Positions 9,251-19,129 of a stretch of 34,598 nucleotides of DNA are shown piece by piece. Position numbers and translations under genes: made by a program. Numbering within the stretch: position 1 is the first letter of the stretch; the number at the start of each line of letters is the position of its first letter. A model generated the notes under the pieces. The model was not told where the DNA came from and did not search any database. It worked only from the letters and a program-made list of their open reading frames with translations. Origin of the DNA: an uncultured Fibrobacterales bacterium (GTDB taxonomy: Bacteria; Fibrobacterota; Fibrobacteria; Fibrobacterales; CAWVXU01); NCBI GenBank assembly GCA_963934255.1, contig CAWVXU010000020.1, positions 1 through 34,598 on the forward strand. The letters are read 5' to 3'.

Positions 9251-9878
9251 TAGACACTCGTTTAAATTTTATTTGATCACCTGGTTCAATACCTTGAATT
9301 AATTCTATAGACGTATTTCCTAAAAGGTGCCAACCTCCAGGAGAGCTTTCTGGGTATATCCCGCACTGTCCAGCAGCTATAGCGACACTGCCTTTGGGCA
9401 CTGAGCTTCGCGGACTTGATCTTCTCGAAATATTTAATCTAGAATCCAAACCCCACAAATATGGGAAATTGGGCTTAAACCCAATCATTGAAACAAAATA
9501 AATCGGAGTCGTATGAATTTGAATGATGTCATCAATGGATAGACCAAGCTCTAAGCTAAGCATTTTTAAATCTTCACCTTGATAAGACACTTCCACATTC
9601 CAAATTCTTGAATCTTTAAAAAAAGCTTCCATCTGATTTGGAGAATCTTGCTGGCTGAGGAAATCATACCAAGATTGCGCAATAATAAACTCATCCGAAC
9701 TTAATTGAATTGCTAAAGACTGTAATCCAGGAATAAATTCAACCCCCTGATGGTTTTGAAGCTTCGCCCATTGGTTTGACAGCTTCCAAAATGCTAAAAT
9801 TAATTGAGAAAGTGACACTCCTATAGAGGCGTTCCACTTAATTTCCCATGATCTGTGTGTGATTCGTTGTAATTTCAT
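9240..9878 (-). CDS. pxpB: 5-oxoprolinase subunit B (KipI/allophanate hydrolase subunit 1 family)
   Basis: GEDL, MIGFKPNFPYL, RRSSPR..VPKGSVAIA..Q.GIYP..SPGGWHLLG. Confidence 0.88.
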   Translation of the reverse strand: MKLQRITHRSWEIKWNASIGVSLSQLILAFWKLSNQWAKLQNHQGVEFIPGLQSLAIQLSSDEFIIAQSWYDFLSQQDSPNQMEAFFKDSRIWNVEVSYQGEDLKMLSLELGLSIDDIIQIHTTPIYFVSMIGFKPNFPYLWGLDSRLNISRRSSPRSSVPKGSVAIAAGQCGIYPESSPGGWHLLGNTSIELIQGIEPGDQIKFKRVSNDY

Positions 9879-9908
9879 TGTACTTTGTATGACTATGATG
9901 GAGGTCCT

Positions 9909-10829
9909 GTGTTACAACTTAACAATTTACAAGCCAATCTTAATCAAGTCATTTTGGGAAAAGAAACACAAATAGAACTAATTGTGGGCACCCTACTAGC
10001 TCAAGGGCATGTCCTTCTTGAAGATATTCCAGGGACAGGGAAAACAACTTTAGCTAAAGCTCTCTGTAAAAGTATTGATGGTGACTTTAATAGAATTCAA
10101 TTTACGCCTGATTTACTTCCTAGTGACATCTTAGGGTGCTCGATCTATCAACCTCAAAATGGTACATTCCGACTTGAAAAAGGTCCTCTCTTCTGTAATA
10201 TGTTTCTCGCTGATGAAATAAACCGTGCCGCCCCAAGAACCCAAAGTGCTCTTCTAGAAGCGATGGCCGAAGGACAAATCACTCTAGAAGGTCAAACCCT
10301 TGCCCTAGAACCACCATTTATGGTCATTGCGACGCAAAATACCATGGAAAATCAAGGAGTTTTCCCACTACCTGAAGCTCAATTAGATCGTTTTTTATTG
10401 CAGATGAGCCTAGGTTACCCCACTCTAGAAGAAGAGCTCAAAATCCTTCAAGAACGCAACATCAGCGACCCTTTAGATCGGATGCAGCCAGTGATTAGTC
10501 AGTTGGAGCTGAAGGTGGCTATTGAAGAAGTTCAGGCAATCACAGTCCACCCTGATATTTTAAAGTATCTCTTAACACTTATTCACAACACCAGAAAACA
10601 TCCTCAAATCCGATTAGGAGCCTCACCAAGGGCATCTATCGGTTTAATGAAATTCGGACAGGCATTAGCTTATTTGAGATCAAAAGACCATGTCAGTATT
10701 GATGAAATCCAAAATGCCTTCATTCCTATCCTTTCACATCGAGTTTTTCTCAACCCGAGTGAGCAAAGTAAGACAACCACACAAAGCGTTCTAGAAGAAG
10801 TTCTGCGATCGACTCAAGTTCCAAGGTAA
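9909..10829 (+). CDS. MoxR-family AAA+ ATPase; probable start GTG 9909 after GGAGGT
   Basis: GHVLLED.PGTGKT, RIQFTPDLLPSD, LADEINRA.PRTQSALLEAM, LPEAQLDRF, GASPRAS. Confidence 0.93.
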   Translation: MLQLNNLQANLNQVILGKETQIELIVGTLLAQGHVLLEDIPGTGKTTLAKALCKSIDGDFNRIQFTPDLLPSDILGCSIYQPQNGTFRLEKGPLFCNMFLADEINRAAPRTQSALLEAMAEGQITLEGQTLALEPPFMVIATQNTMENQGVFPLPEAQLDRFLLQMSLGYPTLEEELKILQERNISDPLDRMQPVISQLELKVAIEEVQAITVHPDILKYLLTLIHNTRKHPQIRLGASPRASIGLMKFGQALAYLRSKDHVSIDEIQNAFIPILSHRVFLNPSEQSKTTTQSVLEEVLRSTQVPR

Positions 10830-10832
10830 GTT

Positions 10833-12032
10833 TTGATCATATCTCGACTTCACTATCTCTATAAAACCTATCCAAGAAGACCAAAACATGCGGGTCTACT
10901 CATTCTACTTTATAATACTTGGGATGAGAAGCTGAGTCGAGGTGGGCAAACTCTCGTCTCACTTCTTATGCTGAGTCTATTTATTGAATTTTTACCCGGT
11001 CTCACATGGGCTGCCGGTTTTGCAGTCATGAGCATCATTGCTTTGACTTTTTCATTCTTAATGAGTTTACGCTCAATACCTCAAATACAGATAAAAGCTT
11101 GTTGCCCTAGTCTTGCAGTTGAAGGAAGTTCAGTTCTCGCAAGATTTGAACTTCAAAATACTGCACTCAAAAGTATCCCCAGCATAGGTATTCGACTTTA
11201 TCGTCTAAAAGACGGTCTAGTTTCCAAAAAAACATCCACATTTTTTGATCTTAATAACTCCGACCCGAGATCTCTTGAGCTTCAATTAGAAGTCAATTTA
11301 CGTGGTAATTATTTATTAAAAGAAATCTATCTCTTGCAAAGCGATCCTCTTGGCTTATTCTATAAACGCATGAAAATTGAAATTAATTGGGAACTCAGTG
11401 TTGTTCCTCAAAGTAGAAGTCATCAAGTTGTTCCTTGGCGTCATAAGTTGTTTTCTGAAAATTTACACAAACATCACCTGTTAGGCATACAATCTCAATA
11501 TCATTTCAAAGGAATGAGGCCTTTCCAAAAGGGAGACTCCAAGAAATTAATCCATCATAAAAGCTGGGCCAAGTCTCAAAATCCAATAGTTAAGGATTTT
11601 CACTATCAGCGCCCCACGCCTAATATCAAAATAATTATTGACCTTCACCTTGACTCAATTTGGAACAAACTTTCCTTTGAATATCTATTACAATACTTAA
11701 TAAATTTTCAACAGGAATTATTAAATCAAAATTACGACTTTTCACTCGAAACTTTACAAGGAAATCAAAGCACCTCCAAAAAAGATCTACACCTTATTCA
11801 TAGAACCTTAGCTGAAATTAAATCAAAGACAACTCATATCGCTTCTACAAAATCTATAAGCCTTAACAACCCAGGCAATACTCATGTGATTTTGGTTTTT
11901 TCAACTAAGGGGCCGCATACTTATGAATTAAATAAAAACGTTCAATGGGTCGAAGTCAATGATACTTTCACAAGTCAAATGGTATCAAAATTCCATACTC
12001 AACTAGGTTTTGATGGAACAATCACATCATGA
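10833..12032 (+). CDS. DUF58-domain membrane-anchored protein
   Basis: N-terminal TM pair; RG.Y...SDPLGLF; MRPFQKGD...IHHK variant of REY.PGD..R.IHWK; lies between moxR and the transglutaminase gene. Confidence 0.8.
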   Translation: MIISRLHYLYKTYPRRPKHAGLLILLYNTWDEKLSRGGQTLVSLLMLSLFIEFLPGLTWAAGFAVMSIIALTFSFLMSLRSIPQIQIKACCPSLAVEGSSVLARFELQNTALKSIPSIGIRLYRLKDGLVSKKTSTFFDLNNSDPRSLELQLEVNLRGNYLLKEIYLLQSDPLGLFYKRMKIEINWELSVVPQSRSHQVVPWRHKLFSENLHKHHLLGIQSQYHFKGMRPFQKGDSKKLIHHKSWAKSQNPIVKDFHYQRPTPNIKIIIDLHLDSIWNKLSFEYLLQYLINFQQELLNQNYDFSLETLQGNQSTSKKDLHLIHRTLAEIKSKTTHIASTKSISLNNPGNTHVILVFSTKGPHTYELNKNVQWVEVNDTFTSQMVSKFHTQLGFDGTITS

Positions 12033-13936
12033 GGAATTCAATTCATGCTAGTTTAATACTTTCATCCATTATGTGTGTTATTCTTTGGAATGCTGGAGTC
12101 TCGGAAATATGGCTCGGTTCAATAAGTTTGCTTTTTCTTATTCAAAGCTTCAGACGAAGTTATATATGGACACACCACACGTTGTTTTTTTGGGCTATTC
12201 CAATTATCCCGATATTAATTGTTTTTATTCAATCTGGCACAAATTTTCGCGAAATCATACAGGTAATATTACAACAACTATCATTGATGTTTTATATGAT
12301 GGGATCTTTTTTATTATTAAGTAGTCAACGCTCTCAGTTTTTATCACGAAGTAGAACTCTTTTTACTGCATCTATTATTAGCGCAGCTCCATTTTTAAGT
12401 GAATTACTCATCCTCATCCCCTTCCTCTTTATCGTCGGTGTATTTATCATTGGATTATACCCACCTGGTGAAAGTAGATTAATCAAAAAGCCATTTAAAA
12501 GAAATTTAATTGCATGGTCTCTAGTGATTTTGTTACTCTACCCGAGCCTCTATCTATTTGAGAGCCTAAGAGAACATGGCCAAAGTTGGAGTTCTAAAGT
12601 GTGGAGCCAATATTTTAATCCTCCTCAAATGAAAGGATTTTCATCTCTAACAGAACTAGGCAGTCTCGGGGTTTCATTGAGCTCCTCGGGCGACAATGAT
12701 TTGATGATTCAAGTAACATCAGACAAGTCACCAGGATATCTAAGAGGAATGAATTATCAGACTTACCATAGAGGGCGATGGCTTCATAGTTTAAAAGGTG
12801 TCGAGCTTAAACCTGTAGCTAATAGATTAGACCATCAAATTTATCGCTTTGACCAAAAATTCACCTTTCCAGATTATAATCATTCTAAAGAAGTCATCAA
12901 TCATCGCGACTTAAGAAGTCACATCTTTTATCATATCAATGATGCCTGGGTTGGAGTCCTTAGTGAAAAGGTTAAATTTCATCCGAGCCGTCACTTGCAA
13001 ATTGATGAAAACACAGAGAAAGGCTATTATTTTAGTGGAGAAAAAAACCATAACTTTGTGACTCATGAACGAGACTTAAAAATTCCAGATGAATTGCGCC
13101 TAACACTTCAATCCATTCTCATTGAAATGAATTCTAAAGAAAAACCAAAAACAAGTCAAGAATTACATCGATGGTTAAGGCTATTGAATCAATTTTATAG
13201 TCAACACTTCTACTATAGTTTTGATGTTGACCCTAGCCAAGAGAATGACCCCATCCTTGATTTCTTAGTCAATCAAAGGAAAGGCTTCTGTGAATATTTT
13301 GCAAGCGCCTCAGTGCTATTGGCTCGGGCTAACGGTATCCCCGCAAGACTTGCCAAAGGCTTTGCAAGCCCTACTCAAATGGATGACAATACCTGGTATT
13401 ATTTCCGTAAAAATGCTCATGCATGGATAGAGGTTCTCGACCCGGAAAAAGGCTGGATTAACTGGGATCCCACACCTTCAAACATGCTACCTGCAATAGC
13501 TAAACACCCTCTTCATCAGCGGTTATGGTTTCAAATCAAAGCAGCCATGCAAACGGGACGTTATTATTTTGAATATGGTCTATGGAAAGTATCAATAGAA
13601 AATCTCAGATTACACATTGAACTACACTTCATGGGATACATCGCGGGCTTAGTCTCTCTATTGCTACTCCGGGGAATACTATTAAAAATACGGTATTATC
13701 GACGGTCAAGCAGATTAGGTCCTTATTATTCAAAATCATCACCAGAATTACTTCGTTTACAGCAAGAAATTGACAGCCAATTTCAGAAATTAGGCCACCC
13801 CTGTCCTAACAACAGAAGCTACTTAAATCATTTAAGTTATTTGAGGGAAAGGCCCTTTGAAAAGGATGAATTAAAAGGCATTATTAATAAGGTATCAAGC
13901 TATGATGAAAAAAGGTTCCGAGAATTGGACTTTTGA
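12029..13936 (+). CDS. Polytopic membrane transglutaminase-like protein (TgpA/DUF3488-like)
   Basis: Multiple N-terminal TMs; YLRG..Y..Y...W; catalytic triad in GFCEYFASA, HAWIEV and WDPTP; ATGA overlap with DUF58. Confidence 0.88.
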   Translation: MRNSIHASLILSSIMCVILWNAGVSEIWLGSISLLFLIQSFRRSYIWTHHTLFFWAIPIIPILIVFIQSGTNFREIIQVILQQLSLMFYMMGSFLLLSSQRSQFLSRSRTLFTASIISAAPFLSELLILIPFLFIVGVFIIGLYPPGESRLIKKPFKRNLIAWSLVILLLYPSLYLFESLREHGQSWSSKVWSQYFNPPQMKGFSSLTELGSLGVSLSSSGDNDLMIQVTSDKSPGYLRGMNYQTYHRGRWLHSLKGVELKPVANRLDHQIYRFDQKFTFPDYNHSKEVINHRDLRSHIFYHINDAWVGVLSEKVKFHPSRHLQIDENTEKGYYFSGEKNHNFVTHERDLKIPDELRLTLQSILIEMNSKEKPKTSQELHRWLRLLNQFYSQHFYYSFDVDPSQENDPILDFLVNQRKGFCEYFASASVLLARANGIPARLAKGFASPTQMDDNTWYYFRKNAHAWIEVLDPEKGWINWDPTPSNMLPAIAKHPLHQRLWFQIKAAMQTGRYYFEYGLWKVSIENLRLHIELHFMGYIAGLVSLLLLRGILLKIRYYRRSSRLGPYYSKSSPELLRLQQEIDSQFQKLGHPCPNNRSYLNHLSYLRERPFEKDELKGIINKVSSYDEKRFRELDF

Positions 13937-13944
13937 GATATTAA

Positions 13945-13953
13945 TGCTATAAT
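13945..13953 (+). promoter_or_regulatory. Extended -10 promoter candidate for the STAS-trmK genes
   Basis: Perfect TGnTATAAT (TGCTATAAT) 29 nt upstream of ATG 13983. Confidence 0.5.
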
Positions 13954-13982
13954 AAGTCAGAGTTAAAGGGAAATCAATCATT

Positions 13983-14270
13983 ATGGGTGACGTTAAAGAA
14001 TTTAGATTAGAACTAGCAAGTGACGTTTTTGGTGACAAATCCTATGACTTGAAATTAAAGCTTTTGGATCTTATTCAAGAGGGTTATATCCATATCGTAC
14101 TTAATTTCAAAAACGTTAATATCATTGATTCTATTGGGTTAGGAATACTCTTGAAGACCCAACAAAACCTCAAAGGTGTTGGTGGTCAGCTTAGTATTGA
14201 AAATGCATCTAGCAGTGTCAGACACCTACTTGAAGTTACCTATCTGCACCGACAGATTAACATCCTTTAG
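13983..14270 (+). CDS. STAS-domain anti-sigma factor antagonist
   Basis: 95 aa; IVLNFKNVNIIDSIGLGIL with the conserved DSxG phosphoacceptor Ser. Confidence 0.88.
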   Translation: MGDVKEFRLELASDVFGDKSYDLKLKLLDLIQEGYIHIVLNFKNVNIIDSIGLGILLKTQQNLKGVGGQLSIENASSSVRHLLEVTYLHRQINIL

Positions 14271-14286
14271 TCATAGATTGTCTCAC

Positions 14287-14313
14287 TCTATGAATCTTCT
14301 ATGAATCTTCTAT
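14287..14313. repeat. 11-bp tandem repeat spanning the trmK start
   Basis: TCTATGAATCT-TCTATGAATCT-TCTAT. Confidence 0.85.
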
Positions 14314-14978
14314 CTCAGCCAATTAGCCTTCGAATACAAAAATTAATTGACTTGGTTCCTTACGATGTTGAGGAAATTTGGGATATTTGTTGTGACCACG
14401 GCATTTTTGGTCGGTATTTTCTGTTTAACTCATGTTCTCATCTCAAACAAGTTCATTTCCTGGATCAAGTTCCCGGAATCATGGAAAAATTAGAACGAGT
14501 AACACAAAGTGAATCAAATGGATATCAATCTTCTTTTCAACTCCATCAGGGCGATGGCCGCGTTTTTACCTTTCCCATGATTCACGGTAAAACACTTTTT
14601 TGTATAGCTGGCGTTGGCTCTGTCACCATCACAAAAATTCTCAACGCTATCAGTTTAAATAAAAATTTAGATCAAGCATACCTTCTCATTGGAAGCCACA
14701 AACAGACTTTCTCTCTGAGACAAACCCTGAAAGCACTTCAGTGGAAAATGATTGAAGAGAAAATTGTTTCCGAGAATGGTAATTTTAGAGAAATTTGGTT
14801 ACTAGCTAAAGTTGGCGAAGAAATATCTGATGTGGGAAACCCCAAACACGAAAATTTAGATACATGGCTGGCTTACTGGAGTGAGAATTTTGAACGAATT
14901 CGAGAAATTGAGAAAAAAGGTGGCTTGCCTGAAGTCAGCTCAAAAAAATTACTTCAGGCGATCAATAAATTTTCATAG
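14301..14978 (+). CDS. trmK: TrmK-family tRNA (adenine22-N1) methyltransferase
   Basis: WDICCDHG, GDG, IAGVG, LR..L....W....E.IV.EN..F.EI motifs. Confidence 0.75.
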   Translation: MNLLSQPISLRIQKLIDLVPYDVEEIWDICCDHGIFGRYFLFNSCSHLKQVHFLDQVPGIMEKLERVTQSESNGYQSSFQLHQGDGRVFTFPMIHGKTLFCIAGVGSVTITKILNAISLNKNLDQAYLLIGSHKQTFSLRQTLKALQWKMIEEKIVSENGNFREIWLLAKVGEEISDVGNPKHENLDTWLAYWSENFERIREIEKKGGLPEVSSKKLLQAINKFS

Positions 14979-14985
14979 ATCAAAA

Positions 14986-15642
14986 TCAGATATCATCTTC
15001 TTCAATATCAAACAATTCAGATAAACCTTCTTCGTCAAGTAACTCTTCAATCAGAGAAGATGCCCCTCTTATCGTCAGCGTCCTTTGGCCTGTTAAATCA
15101 GCCAAAAAGATAAGAGCCTTACTATCGATAAACCCTAAGTTGCTGAGGTCCAATACAGGCTTTAACTTCTCATCGACAAGGTCTTTTAGAACATGTATAC
15201 CCTTGGTCATAGACATGAAGCCCTTGATGCTATAAATAGCCTCACTTGATGTTCGTTGAGTTTCTACTGTGAATACTAAATCTGGAATGGTTTCACGTAT
15301 TGTCAGTTCAGTTGATGCAATATCAAAATCACTCCGGGTAATATATAAATCCATCAATTTGGTCATCTGAGTCATTTCTAAAACATTGACAACTCCAAAA
15401 GATAAGTCACATAGGATAAGCTTGAGTTGGAATTCTTGTAGCAGTTTATAGACCTGAATAATTGAACTTAATTGAACGGAGAAAAGGCTTTCAACATTCT
15501 CTAACGATAAGACGATGTGCTGATTTTTTTTAAATAAAAGCTTCTCAACTTCATACAACAAAACCCTTGTATTGTCGGCTGGAAGCTCCTTGGGAGTCAT
15601 TACTGAATATTTTTCAAATGATTCAATTTTTAAATTTTTCAT
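14986..15642 (-). CDS. Tandem STAS-domain protein
   Basis: Two STAS-like halves: IVLSLENVESLFSVQL...V.NVLEMT and VLDLSNLGFIDSKAL; ATGA overlap with the upstream gene. Confidence 0.7.
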   Translation of the reverse strand: MKNLKIESFEKYSVMTPKELPADNTRVLLYEVEKLLFKKNQHIVLSLENVESLFSVQLSSIIQVYKLLQEFQLKLILCDLSFGVVNVLEMTQMTKLMDLYITRSDFDIASTELTIRETIPDLVFTVETQRTSSEAIYSIKGFMSMTKGIHVLKDLVDEKLKPVLDLSNLGFIDSKALIFLADLTGQRTLTIRGASSLIEELLDEEGLSELFDIEEDDI

Positions 15643-17258
15643 CGGAGTTCACCTTTTTCAAGTGGAATAGTTTGAATGGCATCCAAATTCCAATAAATTT
15701 TAATTTCTTTTAAACCATCAAAAAATTCAACTGTTTTGCCATACATTACGACTTCTAACTTAGGCTGTAATTCTTGAATTAACACCTGGGCAGGAAGGTT
15801 TGTTGAATCTGAAGCTGCTAAAGTTAATGACTGCCTTTTTTTTTCAACAAGAGTCTTCTTCTTCTTCGTCCCCTCGTACTCAATCAGAACTTTTTTTAGT
15901 TGATCTTTAGAGCGTTGAGTGATTTCAGTTGCTCTTTTTAACATCGCTTTCATAGACCTTAAACGATTTTCTAAGCCTTCAAGTGTTACTTGGAGCTTTA
16001 TATAAAGGGTGTTTAAATTATCAAATTTAACCAGTGCTTCTTCTTCTTTTCGGTTCAGAAACTCTATTTTTGTAGTCGCCCCGGCAGGCGTGCCAATTTT
16101 GTGACAAGCAACACGGTCGTACACAACAATATCGCAATTATTGATCAGACTATTGCTGCCGCTGGCGATTAATGCCTCGGCTTTCACTTTAGTATCGAAA
16201 AGGTGAAGGTCAAATTCAACAATACCTTCAGATATTATTTCTGAATGCTGGGCCATATTTACTCGGACACCTTTAGCCCCACTTATAAAAGCTTTACCTT
16301 TGCCAAAAACGCCTCTTTTAATATGAACAAACCCATTAGTTGAAATAACTCTAGCCGCTTCAACTTCGCCCTCAATAGTTATATCACCATCGGCTATTAC
16401 TTCAAAATTGGCTTGTACATTACCATGAATAACTACATCACCAGAATATTTAATATTACCGGTTTTAAAACTGACATTGCCTTGAACGACATAAAGTCGA
16501 CCAACAGATATAGCAAGCCCTTCGCGGTATAAATAACCGGAATTAAGAGCACGAAGTTCTAAATTATCCTCACTAATTATTGTGTTTTTACCGCGAGGTA
16601 AATTAGCATCATCTCCTGGAGTCGCCAATATTTCATGTCCAAAAATATTTTTACCAGACTCACCCGGGGTTGGAGCTATTCTTTTACAAATGATGGCGCC
16701 TTCTTTAATTTGTTGAATATTTTCAAAAACTTTAAAATCAACTGAACCATCACAATTAGCTAGTGGCTTGGCATCAGGATCAATTTCCACTAACTCCAAA
16801 ATTTTAGCATCATCCCCCCGAACAGCCGGGGTATATTTGGCAATAATATGGGTTGGGCCCCATGATTGAGAGGATATAATTTTATCAACAAAAGACCAAT
16901 CAACACCATGAATTACTTTTTTGACTTTAAGAATAAATTCCAGGTCATGCACACTTAGTACTAAGCCTGTATTTTTGATTGATGACCTAACAGTTAATTT
17001 GGCGTATTCCTGAGTGCAAATTATTTCTAGATGATTTAATTTACCTTGATCAAACCTTATAAAATGGGGGCCAGCAAATTCAGGTTGACCAGATTTATCG
17101 ACTAGGATTTGTCCTACACGCTGCATGTCCATGTTCATAATTAAATCGCGTAGAAGTTCATCTTCAATGTCTTGGATTTCTGTAAAATTTGACTCATCAT
17201 CAGCCGTCAGATACATGCCATCGCCCTTAGCTTCCCACTTTAATCCTACTAAATTCAA
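15639..17258 (-). CDS. FapA/DUF342-family protein
   Basis: G.DA, DGSVDFK, P.PG..GKNIFG, GKNT, V.GNV...TGNI.Y.GDV.I.GNV beta-helical repeats and a C-terminal coiled coil. Confidence 0.85.
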   Translation of the reverse strand: MNLVGLKWEAKGDGMYLTADDESNFTEIQDIEDELLRDLIMNMDMQRVGQILVDKSGQPEFAGPHFIRFDQGKLNHLEIICTQEYAKLTVRSSIKNTGLVLSVHDLEFILKVKKVIHGVDWSFVDKIISSQSWGPTHIIAKYTPAVRGDDAKILELVEIDPDAKPLANCDGSVDFKVFENIQQIKEGAIICKRIAPTPGESGKNIFGHEILATPGDDANLPRGKNTIISEDNLELRALNSGYLYREGLAISVGRLYVVQGNVSFKTGNIKYSGDVVIHGNVQANFEVIADGDITIEGEVEAARVISTNGFVHIKRGVFGKGKAFISGAKGVRVNMAQHSEIISEGIVEFDLHLFDTKVKAEALIASGSNSLINNCDIVVYDRVACHKIGTPAGATTKIEFLNRKEEEALVKFDNLNTLYIKLQVTLEGLENRLRSMKAMLKRATEITQRSKDQLKKVLIEYEGTKKKKTLVEKKRQSLTLAASDSTNLPAQVLIQELQPKLEVVMYGKTVEFFDGLKEIKIYWNLDAIQTIPLEKGELR

Positions 17259-17289
17259 AATTCACTCATTTTAATTAATGTCAGCTAAA

Positions 17290-18435
17290 TTATAGTATCA
17301 AATTCCAAACACAATAACCACTACTTTTCGTCAGTTTCTTCACCTTGCGAAAGTACGGCTTTGCCATTTCATCAAATTTTAAAAACTCGTTCGCCACCAA
17401 TATCACTTCACCTTGTGGGCTTAGTACTCTGAATAGCGCTTCAATCCACAATTCACCCAAGTGGTAATCACTTTTAGAGCCTACATGAAATGGAGGATTG
17501 GTGATAATAATATTGTATTTATTCATCTCAGTTGATAGCATATAATCCCAATACACAGCCGGACCTTCTTGTCTAGATAAGTTCAGTGCCAATGACTGAC
17601 ATGCCAAACTATGGGCATCACTATAATTTACTTGTGAAAAACCCAGCTTCTGAGCTTGAAGCCCTAAAACACCGCTACCTGCTCCAAAATCCATTATTTT
17701 TGAATCCAAAGGCTTGTCTTTTAATAAAACGTCAAGTTCCATCAGCAACAAAAGGGTTCCTTGGTCCACCTTTTGGTGGCCATACATGCCCAGTGTTGAT
17801 TGTAAATCAAATCCAGGGTACTTGACTTGACTAAAATACTCCATTGGATGGTGCTCTTGTCTCACGCCCTTGTCTTGGCTCTGGTCCTGGGTTAACTCCA
17901 TTAACGTTAAAGCAACGACTCTGCATGATTTCTTTAATTCTAGAGTATCACTTTTATAACCAAAGCTGATTGCCTTCTTGGGAAGGGACTTCATTCCCTC
18001 TTGATTACCACCCCAGACTAGAACTCTTTTTACCTCAGCTTTGGCTAATACTTGGAGTACTGCACGATTAAGATCAGCAGATTTGTTTATTTTAAAAACA
18101 ACACTTGTGTCTTTGGGCTGAGTTAAAACAAACTTCTCGAGTTCAATCCAATGAAAAGCTCGATCACTCCAAAGTCCTTGGCTATTTTTTTGACTTAAAG
18201 TAAAATCTTGAAACCACTGATGCATACAATCAATCTGTGCATTCCCATTAAGACTGAGTGTTTTTTGAATTAGACCACAACCAGGGTCTATTAATAACCA
18301 TCTAGGGTGGGGATTAAAAGCAAGACCTGCCAAGTGACGGATGATCAATTTTTGGCTTGGCTCGCCCTCTCCTGTGCCATGAGGATGACTCCACAGATTT
18401 GTTGTTTCACTCTGAAAAGCATGTTGAAGCATCAA
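17290..18435 (-). CDS. Class I SAM methyltransferase, RsmC/MTS-like
   Basis: VDQGT.LL, DFGAGSG.LG, IITNPPFH, L...GE..LVAN.FL; degenerate N-terminal domain with G.N..G.KS. Confidence 0.8.
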   Translation of the reverse strand: MMLQHAFQSETTNLWSHPHGTGEGEPSQKLIIRHLAGLAFNPHPRWLLIDPGCGLIQKTLSLNGNAQIDCMHQWFQDFTLSQKNSQGLWSDRAFHWIELEKFVLTQPKDTSVVFKINKSADLNRAVLQVLAKAEVKRVLVWGGNQEGMKSLPKKAISFGYKSDTLELKKSCRVVALTLMELTQDQSQDKGVRQEHHPMEYFSQVKYPGFDLQSTLGMYGHQKVDQGTLLLLMELDVLLKDKPLDSKIMDFGAGSGVLGLQAQKLGFSQVNYSDAHSLACQSLALNLSRQEGPAVYWDYMLSTEMNKYNIIITNPPFHVGSKSDYHLGELWIEALFRVLSPQGEVILVANEFLKFDEMAKPYFRKVKKLTKSSGYCVWNLIL

Positions 18436-19117
18436 TCACCCTCCATTCTCCGGGCTTAAGTCCTTCACACGTCAAATCACCCATACTCATTCTGTGCAAA
18501 TAATTAACTCTATGTCCGGTGGCGCCTAACATTCGCTTAACCTGATGATATTTACCTTCAGTAATTACCATGGCAATTGACCCATCTTGTTTGAGTTCAG
18601 CACGTTTGGCCTTGAAGATTCCTTTTTCACTTTTCAGTTCAACTCCTTCTATGAGCTGATCGACTATAGTTTGATCTAGCGTATCTTCGCAACGCAGGTG
18701 ATATTCTTTTTCTAAGTGAGACTTTGGTGAACAAAATTTATGGTTTATATCGCCATCGTCGGTTAAAAGCAACAAGCCACTTGTGTCCACATCGAGGCGA
18801 CCCACACACTGTACCTCACGATTAATGTACTCTTGAGGTAAAAGTTCAAAGACGGATGAATGATGAGTTGGCTTATGAGAACATTCAAATCCACTTTGTT
18901 TATTCATTATGATCAAAACTTTTTCCATAAAGAAATGATACTTTGAATTCCATTCAAAGCCAAGTACACTTCGATCTATGAGAGTCGTCGGTGAATCAAT
19001 AATTAAATCATCAATTTTTAGAGCACCAGCTTGGATACTTTTAACGATATCTTTACGTGAACCGAGCCCTTGACTTTGTACCAATTTCGTGGCACTAATT
19101 TTTCGTTTATTTTTCAT
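18407..19117 (-). CDS. rsuA: RsuA-family rRNA pseudouridine synthase
   Basis: S4-like N-terminus; VGRLDVDTSGLLLLTDDG; EGKYHQVKRM. Confidence 0.88.
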   Translation of the reverse strand: MKNKRKISATKLVQSQGLGSRKDIVKSIQAGALKIDDLIIDSPTTLIDRSVLGFEWNSKYHFFMEKVLIIMNKQSGFECSHKPTHHSSVFELLPQEYINREVQCVGRLDVDTSGLLLLTDDGDINHKFCSPKSHLEKEYHLRCEDTLDQTIVDQLIEGVELKSEKGIFKAKRAELKQDGSIAMVITEGKYHQVKRMLGATGHRVNYLHRMSMGDLTCEGLKPGEWRVIDASTCFSE

Positions 19118-19129
19118 TATATCTCCTAA

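Noticed and set aside
9909..13936. MoxR-DUF58-transglutaminase triad as a novel system
   Set aside because: A widespread, previously described gene arrangement, although its function remains poorly defined.
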